IMG/VR virus record: IMGVR_UViG_3300035533_000010 | Location: 1-59,990 of that record | DNA from: a virus | DNA: 59,990 nt | Direction: 5' to 3' (one strand) | In this document: piece after piece, positions 17,717 through 24,650 of the stretch | Position numbering within the stretch: position 1 is the first letter of the stretch | How the letters are laid out: every line of letters starts with the position of its first letter | Notes under the pieces: generated by a model | What the model was told of the DNA's origin: nothing | Database searches by the model: none | What the model saw: only the letters and a program-made list of their open reading frames with translations | Position numbers and translations under genes: made by a program

Positions 17717-18153
17717 TTATTAAATATCAGAAATACACAGATGAGTACACCACGTACAGGCTGGCTGAACCTGACTATCGGGAAGGTGATGACAGGTGCA
17801 CAGAATTGGCGACATTGGACGGCTTTACCTATGTCCATGTACCTGACTCAATTACCCTGCCTGCCCAACCGGAACAGATCACGGTTGAGGAAGTCACACT
17901 GACCCCGGAACTGCGGGAGGAAATAAAAGCCGCGTCTCCGCACGTCCGGCTGTCTTATAAACGGCTGCAAGATCGGATCAGGTCCAGGTACAGCTTGGAG
18001 GATGAGCAATATCTGACTCGGATCAGCGTGGGGGCATTGTCCGGCGCATACACCTTGCAGGATGGTGAGCCGGAGCTAATCGCCGCATATCAGGCGTGGG
18101 TGGAAAAGTGCCGAGAGATCGCCAGGCTGGAACGGGCTGTGTGGGGGCTGTAA
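17713..18153 (+). CDS. Hypothetical protein
   Basis: 146-aa ORF with ATGA overlap to the upstream gene. Confidence 0.7.
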   Translation: MIIKYQKYTDEYTTYRLAEPDYREGDDRCTELATLDGFTYVHVPDSITLPAQPEQITVEEVTLTPELREEIKAASPHVRLSYKRLQDRIRSRYSLEDEQYLTRISVGALSGAYTLQDGEPELIAAYQAWVEKCREIARLERAVWGL

Positions 18154-18332
18154 TGTTACGAGCATCAATCATTTGTTTCATAGTCGCAGCCCTGACGCTT
18201 TGGCTGATGGGTTGCACAGAACAAACCTATCAACCTTTCCCTGAAGGAGGCCAGGAAGTTCAGTCTCCCATCGGTTACGAGATCCACTGCCAGGAATTTC
18301 CAGATAGCGTTTTCTGTGAGGAGTCTGAATGA
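18153..18332 (+). CDS. Small lipoprotein (lipobox LWLMG-C), Pro/Glu-rich mature part, o-spanin-like
   Basis: I prefer the internal ATG 18153 (TAATG overlap). MLRASIICFIVAALTLWLMGCTEQ... is a signal peptide plus lipobox. The 40-aa mature part has 3 Cys. Confidence 0.6.
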   Translation: MLRASIICFIVAALTLWLMGCTEQTYQPFPEGGQEVQSPIGYEIHCQEFPDSVFCEESE

Positions 18333-18706
18333 AAAACCTGGCAAAAAATATCCATTGGGAAGTCTTAACGCATTTTGTCTATACACCAGATAAAGAACAG
18401 TTTCCTGAGTTCTTTGAACACTGGATGAGTCATGCTGATGAGGTAGAGGCAGGCCAGACTTTCCGAGATGATTGTGATGGGTTCGCGCTCACTTGTGCAG
18501 AGTTGCTTGTCAGGGGTGGCGCAGACGAAGGCAAGGTCAGTTTGGTCCGTTGTCTCACTGAAACAGGCGGCGGGCATCTTGTCTGTATGGCAGATGGCTG
18601 GCTACTTGATAACAGGCAGCGAACAGCGGTCAGGTGGGAAGACATCCCATATACTTGGCAGAAAAGTATGAAAATGGGTGAGGTGGGTATATGGCGGAAA
18701 ATATGA
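18329..18706 (+). CDS. Transglutaminase-like cysteine peptidase (BTLCP-like) candidate
   Basis: FRDDCDGFALTCAELLVRGGADEGKVSLVRC...GGGHLVCMADGWLLDNRQ matches the C...H...D layout of the bacterial transglutaminase-like cysteine proteinases (GDCEDYA / H / LDN). ATGA overlap with the upstream gene. Confidence 0.55.
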   Translation: MKNLAKNIHWEVLTHFVYTPDKEQFPEFFEHWMSHADEVEAGQTFRDDCDGFALTCAELLVRGGADEGKVSLVRCLTETGGGHLVCMADGWLLDNRQRTAVRWEDIPYTWQKSMKMGEVGIWRKI

Positions 18707-18879
18707 TTGAACCACAGACTGGTACACCAAAATCAAACGAGTACCGAAAACAGCTGGTTGATCAAGCAATTGAGAACCTGAAACAAAAGCTGATCAAAGA
18801 AGCTAAACCATTGCCGCCGGAGTTCAGCCGGACGGTGAATAAACATTTTTGGGAGTTGATGTCAACCACCTCGGCCTAA
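18691..18879 (+). CDS. Hypothetical protein
   Basis: 62-aa ORF with a 16-nt overlap to the upstream gene. Its stop codon lies in the loop of a small hairpin (18871-18886). Confidence 0.5.
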   Translation: MAENMIEPQTGTPKSNEYRKQLVDQAIENLKQKLIKEAKPLPPEFSRTVNKHFWELMSTTSA

Positions 18880-19148
18880 AGGCCGGAGCTTGTAAAAGGC
18901 TCCATGGTTGACCAGGGAAATGTTCAACGTTTTATGGCAAAGACAAAAAAGGAGAACATTAAAAGTTGCATAGAGAGCTAAAGACCAACGGCGGGATGCT
19001 TCCTCAGTCCCGCCCTCTTGAAGCCCGGGTTGCAGAAAACCTACAGGGGTATGGACGAAACGGGTCCGGGCAGAATGCCGCTGTGCAACAATCCCGAGGG
19101 GAGAGTTCAACCGATGCCAGGGTTGAACCGTCACCCGCCGTGTGCCCT
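18880..19148 (+). ncRNA. Omega-RNA (HEARO-like) candidate for IscB
   Basis: Hairpins seen: GGAGC/GCTCC at 18885-18903, GGCGGGA/TCCCGCC at 18990-19014, GGAC/GTCC at 19053-19067, and GTTCAACC/GGTTGAAC at 19105-19128. A second CCCGCC at 19134-19139 could form a pseudoknot. IscB guide RNAs are encoded directly upstream of the ORF. Confidence 0.55.
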
Positions 19149-20543
19149 ATGGGTGCTGTAAATGCGGAGAACGGCGTAAGCCGTGTTTTTGTACTCGACA
19201 AGAACGGTGATCCGTTGATGCCGTGCCATCCGGCCAGGGCAAGAAAGTTTCTGGCACGGGGCCGGGCCCGGGTTCACCAGATGTTTCCATTTACCATTAG
19301 ACTCGTTGACCGGATCCGGGAGAACAGTGTTGTGCAGCCGGTTAATGTTAAAATTGATCCCGGAGCCAAAACAACCGGCATGGCCGTGGTGAGACAGGAT
19401 AGTGGACATGTCCATATCATCCATCTGTCAGAATTAACCCATCGGGGCGCTGCCATCCGGAAGAAACTGGATCAAAGATCCAATTATCGGAGAAGGCGAA
19501 GGACCGCAAACCTCTGGCACAGAAAGCCCCGGTTCGATAACAGAACCCGGCCCAAAGGGTGGCTTCCGCCAAGTCTCAAATCACGGGTGGATAACACTTT
19601 ATCCTGGGTGAAAAAGTATCAAAGGATCTGCCCGGTTACAGGCATTGTCCTGGAACGGGTCCGGTTCGATACTCAGAAGCTGCAGAACCCGGATATTTCA
19701 GGGATCGAGTATCAGCAAGGCACACTGTTCGGGTATGAGGTAAAAGAATACCTGTTGGAACGATATGGCAGAAAATGTGCCTACTGCAATGGCTTGAGCA
19801 AGGATCCGGTTTTGGAGATTGAGCATTTTATCCCACGCAATCCCTCAAAAGGGGATAAGGGATCAAACCGGATCAGTAACCTGGCCATTGCCTGTAAAAC
19901 CTGTAATCAGGAATCAAAAAAGAACCTGCAGCCGGCAGATTGGATCCGCCTTTTATCCAGGTCACAAAAAAAGATAGATCAGGTCCGGGCCCAAAATGCT
20001 ACCCGATTTCTGGAAGGGAAAAGGCCCTCCCTTGCATCAACCGCAGCGGTAAACGCCACCAGGAACGCTATCTTTTTTGAACTCAGGGACCTGGGCCTGC
20101 CGGTAGAATGCTCAACCGGTGGCAGGACCAAATACAACCGGTCCCGGCTGGATATACCCAAAACCCATTGTCTGGATGCTGCCTGCACCGGCTATGTGGA
20201 TTCGGTATCCGGCTGGAAACAAAACGTGTTCCTGATAAAGGCCATGGGCCGAGGCAGTTATCAAAGAACCCGTGTGGACAAATACGGTTTTCCCCGGGGA
20301 TACCTGATGGATCAGAAAACGGTAAAGGGTTTTGCCACCGGGGATATGGTTAAAGCGATCGTTCCTACTGGTAAGAAGAAAGGAACGTATATTGGCAGAG
20401 TGGCTGTCCGGAAAACCGGCAGCTTTAATATTCAAACCAGGGAAGCTGTGGTCCAGGGTGTATCCTGGAAACATTGCAAACTCATATCCCGTCAGAACGG
20501 GTATAGTTTTCAGTGTGCAAGCCAAGTTTCCTCCCCGGCCTGA
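19149..20543 (+). CDS. iscB: IscB RNA-guided endonuclease (PLMP, split RuvC, HNH, C-terminal TAM-interaction-like domain)
   Basis: Motifs in order: VFVLDKNGDPLMPCHPARARKFL; VKIDPGAKTTGMAVV; NYRRRRRTANLWHRKPRF; IVLERVRFDTQ; CAYCNG..LEIEHFIPRN..NLAIACKTCNQ; THCLDAACTG; GFATGDMVKAIVP..GRVAVRKTGSFNI. I prefer ATG 19149 because the track start 18966 would translate the structured leader. Confidence 0.85.
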   Translation: MGAVNAENGVSRVFVLDKNGDPLMPCHPARARKFLARGRARVHQMFPFTIRLVDRIRENSVVQPVNVKIDPGAKTTGMAVVRQDSGHVHIIHLSELTHRGAAIRKKLDQRSNYRRRRRTANLWHRKPRFDNRTRPKGWLPPSLKSRVDNTLSWVKKYQRICPVTGIVLERVRFDTQKLQNPDISGIEYQQGTLFGYEVKEYLLERYGRKCAYCNGLSKDPVLEIEHFIPRNPSKGDKGSNRISNLAIACKTCNQESKKNLQPADWIRLLSRSQKKIDQVRAQNATRFLEGKRPSLASTAAVNATRNAIFFELRDLGLPVECSTGGRTKYNRSRLDIPKTHCLDAACTGYVDSVSGWKQNVFLIKAMGRGSYQRTRVDKYGFPRGYLMDQKTVKGFATGDMVKAIVPTGKKKGTYIGRVAVRKTGSFNIQTREAVVQGVSWKHCKLISRQNGYSFQCASQVSSPA

Positions 20544-20555
20544 AGACCGGGGTTT
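20533..20555 (+). terminator. Hairpin CCCCGG-N8-CCGGGG with the IscB stop codon in its loop, followed by TTT
   Basis: CCCCGG at 20533-20538 pairs with CCGGGG at 20547-20552. The loop is cctgaaga. The same hairpin family occurs at 42471-42492 and 43560-43581. Confidence 0.45.
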
Positions 20556-20571
20556 CCACTTGGAGAACTGG

Positions 20572-20955
20572 ATGAAAAAGTTACTCACAACACTGGCAAT
20601 CATTTGTTTTCTTGGAATTGGGTGTGTTCAATCTGGCGGCCCCGTCAATGAAAATAAAATCCTGGAAACGACTCAAGCAATTTATCTGGATGTCAGGACC
20701 GTGGTCACAGACCCGGAGGTGATGCCGCTTTTTACCGCTGAAGAACTTGAGCGCCTGGCGGATTTGGAACGAAAGTATCTAGAGGCTGCCAAACGGATGA
20801 AAGCCTTTCCCGAAGACGCCGAGGCCATCGAGCAGATTTCTTGGATTGCTACTGAAATTCTGACGATCATTGGCGATGTTGAGTCTATTGAAAAGTATCG
20901 GCCTTACGTTGCCGCAATCAGAATTAGTATTCAGGTTTTGAGAAATCATTTATGA
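20572..20955 (+). CDS. Lipoprotein (lipobox FLGIG-C)
   Basis: Internal ATG 20572: MKKLLTTLAIICFLGIGCVQSGG..., then a helical 105-aa mature part. The upstream part of the track ORF 20332 overlaps the iscB 3' end in another frame. Confidence 0.65.
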   Translation: MKKLLTTLAIICFLGIGCVQSGGPVNENKILETTQAIYLDVRTVVTDPEVMPLFTAEELERLADLERKYLEAAKRMKAFPEDAEAIEQISWIATEILTIIGDVESIEKYRPYVAAIRISIQVLRNHL

Positions 20956-20963
20956 GGTGATTC

Positions 20964-21332
20964 ATGACACACACCAGCACAATAATCCACATGAGGAACG
21001 TTCCCGGGAGTCCAAGGAACCGGGCCCTGGACTTGCCGTTGCCATACAAGAAAATGGACGGCACCATGGGTCTGATCCCGGCTGATTTTGAATGGGATGG
21101 GTCATCCGTGCCGTGGATCTTTCAAGGGTTCTTTCCCAGACATCGGCACCCTATTGCAAGCTGCCGGCATGACTGGCGATGCAGGAACGCCAGGACGAAA
21201 GCAGAACGGTTGTTTGCTGATCAGGAATTTGAAAAAGACGTAGGGACTACAAGCTGGTGGATCACACAGAAAGCAGGATATATCGGGGTTAGAATCGGAG
21301 CATTTTTTGGAATCGGAGTTTACAAAGACTGA
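20964..21332 (+). CDS. DUF1353-like phage protein
   Basis: GLIPADFEWDGSSVPWIF..FFPRHRHPIASCRHDWRC...AERLFADQEFEKDV resembles the DUF1353 signature (F.TDG.S.P ... HD ... AD..F). GAGGTG SD. Confidence 0.55.
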   Translation: MTHTSTIIHMRNVPGSPRNRALDLPLPYKKMDGTMGLIPADFEWDGSSVPWIFQGFFPRHRHPIASCRHDWRCRNARTKAERLFADQEFEKDVGTTSWWITQKAGYIGVRIGAFFGIGVYKD

Positions 21333-21347
21333 AAAGGTGGTTTTGAC

Positions 21348-21626
21348 ATGACAAACGGATTGAGTTCTCAACAAGCGAAAATTCTCTCAATGGTTTTAAA
21401 TTTTGCGGTTTTGATTCTGATTGGCTGCGTGTCATACCTTTTTGTCAATCAATCACAAATTGCCGTAAAACAAGCCGAGATGGCCGAAAAGTATGTTTTG
21501 GTTGATCAGTATCGGGTAGATGCTCAGCGGTCAGAGGCAACCGTTTGTAGACTTGCGGCTAAATTTGAAGCGTTTGCAAACCGGATGGATACCAAGTTGG
21601 ACAAAATAATAATGAGGCAAGATTGA
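21348..21626 (+). CDS. Membrane protein with one N-terminal TM helix and coiled-coil tail (holin or i-spanin-like)
   Basis: AKILSMVLNFAVLILIGCVSYLFV is followed by a helical charged region. It lies immediately upstream of the endolysin. AAGGTGG SD. Confidence 0.6.
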   Translation: MTNGLSSQQAKILSMVLNFAVLILIGCVSYLFVNQSQIAVKQAEMAEKYVLVDQYRVDAQRSEATVCRLAAKFEAFANRMDTKLDKIIMRQD

Positions 21627-21634
21627 GGTGATTT

Positions 21635-22027
21635 ATGAAAAAATTCCACTATTCCACCAGATCCATCGAAAACCTTTACCGGGTCCATCCGGATCTTGTG
21701 GCCTGTGTGACTCTTGCGCTTTACAAATACACTCCGATTGATTTTATGGTGCTTGAAGGGCTGCGGTCTGAAAAAGACCAGCAAATTTATTTTGATGAAG
21801 GCGTCAGCCAAACGCTGAAATCAAAACACCTGATGCAAAAAGATGGGACCGCCCACGCTGTGGATTTGGCGCCGATTATCGATGGGGCGATACCATGGGA
21901 CAAATGGGAATACTTTGAACAGATCAACGAGGCGATGGTTAAGGCCGCTGAAGACTTGAACATATTTATCACCTGGGGCGGGAACTGGAAGATGAAAGAC
22001 GGTCCGCACTTTCAGTTGATGAGGTGA
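21635..22027 (+). CDS. Endolysin, M15-family zinc peptidase (VanY / L-Ala-D-Glu peptidase-like)
   Basis: SKHLMQKDGTAHAVDLAP and WGGNWKMKDGPHFQL match the H..D and D..H metal and catalytic motifs of M15 peptidases. GAGGTG SD. Confidence 0.8.
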   Translation: MKKFHYSTRSIENLYRVHPDLVACVTLALYKYTPIDFMVLEGLRSEKDQQIYFDEGVSQTLKSKHLMQKDGTAHAVDLAPIIDGAIPWDKWEYFEQINEAMVKAAEDLNIFITWGGNWKMKDGPHFQLMR

Positions 22028-22058
22028 TGTGTGGAGCGAATAATCACAATCATAACCG

Positions 22059-22286
22059 ATGAGGGCGTTGTCACCGAAGCCGGTCAAGACGCGGATGAGG
22101 TTTTACGGGATCTTAGACTGGTTATGGAAAAGTCGCATTGTCCGGGCAAAACAGATGATACAAGCTGCCTGCCCGGACTCGCTGATGGAAGTTGAGTGCC
22201 TCACGACTGACCGGGAGACGGGCCGAGTGTTTGTTGTTCTCAAATGTTTTGACATTAAAAAAACGCAGGCCGAAGACCGTTCATAA
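22059..22286 (+). CDS. Uncertain small ORF(s) at the end of the late block
   Basis: The N-terminus of the track ORF looks non-protein-like. An alternative is a GTG-started 54-aa acidic ORF at 22031-22195 plus a 33-aa ORF at 22185-22286. I cannot resolve this by eye. Confidence 0.3.
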   Translation: MRALSPKPVKTRMRFYGILDWLWKSRIVRAKQMIQAACPDSLMEVECLTTDRETGRVFVVLKCFDIKKTQAEDRS

Positions 22287-22487
22287 TTTCTTGTCTCCTG
22301 TGGCATGGCTAATGTGCCATTTCTTGCTCACGCTTTTAAATTGATACGTATCAACTTTAATCGGGCATTCTTCCTTTTGGCAATATTTTGGCCCGTCTTC
22401 ATGCGTACAGTATCTGTATCCATCGTCAAAAAACATCATCGGGCAATCATGGCATTTTACGACAATGTCCCATAAATCGCCCATCAT
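22281..22487 (-). CDS. Small Cys/His-rich protein
   Basis: 68 aa, KCHDCP...YCTHEDGPKYCQKEEC. It is the last gene of the leftward block. Confidence 0.55.
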   Translation of the reverse strand: MMGDLWDIVVKCHDCPMMFFDDGYRYCTHEDGPKYCQKEECPIKVDTYQFKSVSKKWHISHATGDKKL

Positions 22488-22625
22488 TCACCCCCTCTGC
22501 CCGAAGCCCACAACCTGGACCCCGGACCTGTAAAAGTTCCATCGTTCTTCAATCGTATCAAACCAAACCGTCTTTTCCGTCATCCGCAATCCGGTCCAGA
22601 CTCGATATGTCAGCCAGTATTTCAT
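22488..22625 (-). CDS. Small hypothetical protein (45 aa, below the track threshold)
   Basis: MKYWLTYRVWTGLRMTEKTVWFDTIEERWNFYRSGVQVVGFGQRG. The ATG overlaps the upstream TAA by 1 nt, and the stop abuts the next ATG. Confidence 0.4.
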   Translation of the reverse strand: MKYWLTYRVWTGLRMTEKTVWFDTIEERWNFYRSGVQVVGFGQRG

Positions 22626-23197
22626 TACTCCGCCTCCCACGCCTTGTAAGATTCTCTATCTCCGTTTGCAACCAGAAGCACCATGACGTTTTTCCCGCCC
22701 TGTCTTCTGATTCCTACGCTGGCACCATGCTTTATGCCAGGAAAGGTTATTTCACATTCCGGCGTGTACCATGGGAACCCCTTTGGAGGTCCGACAACAT
22801 CCCACTTACACCATCCGTTGACCAAGGATACATAAAATTCCCACGCCTCCCGATTGACCTTTTCAATCCTTGCCTCCCTAATATCCTTGCATTCCTGACA
22901 GCAGTAAACTCCATGTTTGCCGGAAAAAACAACCTTATCAAAATCGTCCATGTCTTTTTCAACAATGGTTTCGCATTCCCAGCACGGAAACATCCAGCCG
23001 TTTTCTACCAGCACTTTCGGCGGGACATGGCTTGTGTCCGCGTATTTATCGCAATATTCTGCCCTGATGCACTCTACGTCCTCAAAATCAAGACCAAAGC
23101 TATTGGCGCCGATTCTGCGGGCCGCCGCATTGGACTCATGGAAAACAATCGCGTCTCCCAATTCTTCATCATTCGTTTTGATGCACCACGCTTTCAT
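22625..23197 (-). CDS. Cys-rich hypothetical protein
   Basis: I prefer ATG 23197 (GGAGG 6 nt upstream), giving 190 aa. Contains PCWECE and CCQECK pairs. Confidence 0.65.
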   Translation of the reverse strand: MKAWCIKTNDEELGDAIVFHESNAAARRIGANSFGLDFEDVECIRAEYCDKYADTSHVPPKVLVENGWMFPCWECETIVEKDMDDFDKVVFSGKHGVYCCQECKDIREARIEKVNREAWEFYVSLVNGWCKWDVVGPPKGFPWYTPECEITFPGIKHGASVGIRRQGGKNVMVLLVANGDRESYKAWEAE

Positions 23198-23297
23198 CGT
23201 TTTCCTCCCTTTCCCGGCACTCCGGGCAATAAAATTCCATGTTCGCATCCAAAAATATTATCGGCCTGCCGCACTCTGGGCAAATTGGTTGAGTCAT
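23169..23297 (-). CDS. Zinc-ribbon miniprotein (42 aa, below the track threshold)
   Basis: MTQPICPECGRPIIFLDANMEFYCPECRERE.... The ATG is coupled to the upstream TGA. Confidence 0.4.
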   Translation of the reverse strand: MTQPICPECGRPIIFLDANMEFYCPECREREENDESVVHQNE

Positions 23298-23953
23298 ACC
23301 GCCTCCCCCAATGCCCAAACTCCAGGATCATACTTTGATATCTGTACCGGAGTCACTGTTTCAGGAACATACTTTTTGCATTCGGCGCAGGGCAGAAAAT
23401 CATCATCCATGTGCTGACAAAGGCATTCGGACCGATACGCACAATCGTACCGGCTGATCGAAGCGGCAGCATCAGCTTTGATCTCAATCGGCATGATCTC
23501 CGGCCTATCAATGCAATCCTGACACAAAAGCTGGACCTTTCCAGTCATACAAGGAACCTTAAATTCTTCTCCGCATTGAACGCATGTGCTGACCCGGTGA
23601 CTGAGGCGTCCCTGGTGTTTCGGGCATAATCGGTGGCCCCGTCCCGGGAACTTGTTGGCCCGGATTCGGCATCCGCACTCAAAAACGAGGGTGACTTTTT
23701 GCTGATACCGGCGCTTGACCTTTTTCGATGCGTTTGTTTTTCTGGTATTTTCTTGATTCTTGATTTCTCGGCAGGCTGGACACCTCTTGTGGCCTCCGCC
23801 TAAGACCGGGATAGAAAATTCCTGCTTGCAGTCACAACAAATGATCGACCTTTCGACAACGACTGCTCCGGGATGATCCGGGCATGTTTTTTTGTTTGTC
23901 CGGGTCCGGGCTGGTTTTTCGATTACGCATCCGCAGGACATATGATATTTCAT
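23294..23953 (-). CDS. Protein with two tandem 8-Cys zinc-binding modules
   Basis: The start is at the ATGA overlap (23953). SCGCVIEK..CPDHPG..CCDCKQEF..CPAC is repeated as ECGCRIRA..CPKHQG..CVQCGEEF..CQDC. Confidence 0.7.
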   Translation of the reverse strand: MKYHMSCGCVIEKPARTRTNKKTCPDHPGAVVVERSIICCDCKQEFSIPVLGGGHKRCPACREIKNQENTRKTNASKKVKRRYQQKVTLVFECGCRIRANKFPGRGHRLCPKHQGRLSHRVSTCVQCGEEFKVPCMTGKVQLLCQDCIDRPEIMPIEIKADAAASISRYDCAYRSECLCQHMDDDFLPCAECKKYVPETVTPVQISKYDPGVWALGEAV

Positions 23954-24453
23954 TTCAACACCGCCGTAATGATGGCGTTTTTCCACCAGTTGGCCCATGC
24001 CTGGGCACGGTCTTCTTTAAGGTGGACACACCCTTTTTCAAGGGCAATTTGCTCGCTTCCATACCCTTGCCAAACAGACTCAGTATATCCGTCAGGATGA
24101 AATGGTGTAATAATCCATACCGTGGCTCCATGCCTGGGGGCCTCAACTTCCGGCATTGGCAGCTTCCATCCCACGGCAATGGTAATTGTAGGATGAACGT
24201 AGGTTACGGGACAGGTTTTACAGTAGATTCGCCAACGCCCGCAAGAGTCCTTGAATTTAGATACCAGATCACCATTTATTGCTGTTAAATTATATGGGCC
24301 TTCCCAATCTTCAGCATCATCAGAAAAAAGCATTGGCCTTCCGATGCTCTCTCTCCTACTCATCAAATCCCTCCAGTTCAGTCCGGAAAAGTACTCGGGC
24401 CGAAACTTGGCCTTTGTCCTGCTTCCACAGTGGTCGTATCCTTCGTGTGTCAT
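23950..24453 (-). CDS. Hypothetical protein
   Basis: 167-aa ORF, tightly coupled on both sides. Confidence 0.65.
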   Translation of the reverse strand: MTHEGYDHCGSRTKAKFRPEYFSGLNWRDLMSRRESIGRPMLFSDDAEDWEGPYNLTAINGDLVSKFKDSCGRWRIYCKTCPVTYVHPTITIAVGWKLPMPEVEAPRHGATVWIITPFHPDGYTESVWQGYGSEQIALEKGCVHLKEDRAQAWANWWKNAIITAVLK

Positions 24454-24650
24454 TACCCATTCTCCTTTGTTTTTAAGCCAACGGCTGGCAGTTTCCTGTC
24501 CGGCTGAGGCAGGTTTTTATCAATGTGACATTCTTTGTACCCTGCTGACCATGCAGCATCTATATCGGCCTCACAGCGCCCCGTAGCGATGGAATATGTG
24601 ATCCATGCTGATAGGATTGCTAATATGGTGGCTGTTATTAGGTGTTTCAT
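24453..24650 (-). CDS. Small secreted/membrane protein
   Basis: I prefer ATG 24650 (ATGA overlap, GGAGG 5 nt upstream). MKHLITATILAILSAWITYSIATG is signal-peptide-like. Confidence 0.6.
   Translation of the reverse strand: MKHLITATILAILSAWITYSIATGRCEADIDAAWSAGYKECHIDKNLPQPDRKLPAVGLKTKENG

Larger units (their letters stand above)
18880..20556 (+). mobile_element. Solo IscB / omega-RNA (OMEGA, IS200/IS605-derived) module without TnpA; ends not defined
   Basis: A structured 269-nt non-coding leader is followed by an intact IscB ORF. No Y1 transposase occurs anywhere in the genome. Boundaries are approximate. Confidence 0.55.

Noticed and set aside
18966-19148. The N-terminal 61-codon extension of IscB proposed by the ORF track
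   Set aside because: IscB proteins begin a few residues before the PLMP motif. The extension runs through GC-rich hairpins that fit an omega-RNA scaffold, and it translates to Gly/Arg/Ser-rich sequence.
20332-20571. The upstream 80 codons of the track ORF 20332-20955
   Set aside because: They overlap the iscB 3' end in another frame. The internal ATG 20572 gives a textbook lipoprotein signal peptide.
22388-23338. 316-aa plus-strand ORF (and 22917-23417) across the 22.4-23.4 kb region
   Set aside because: It is antisense to a series of tightly coupled minus-strand genes that have good SDs and zinc-ribbon motifs. Its product is Ser/Pro/Arg-rich and low-complexity.
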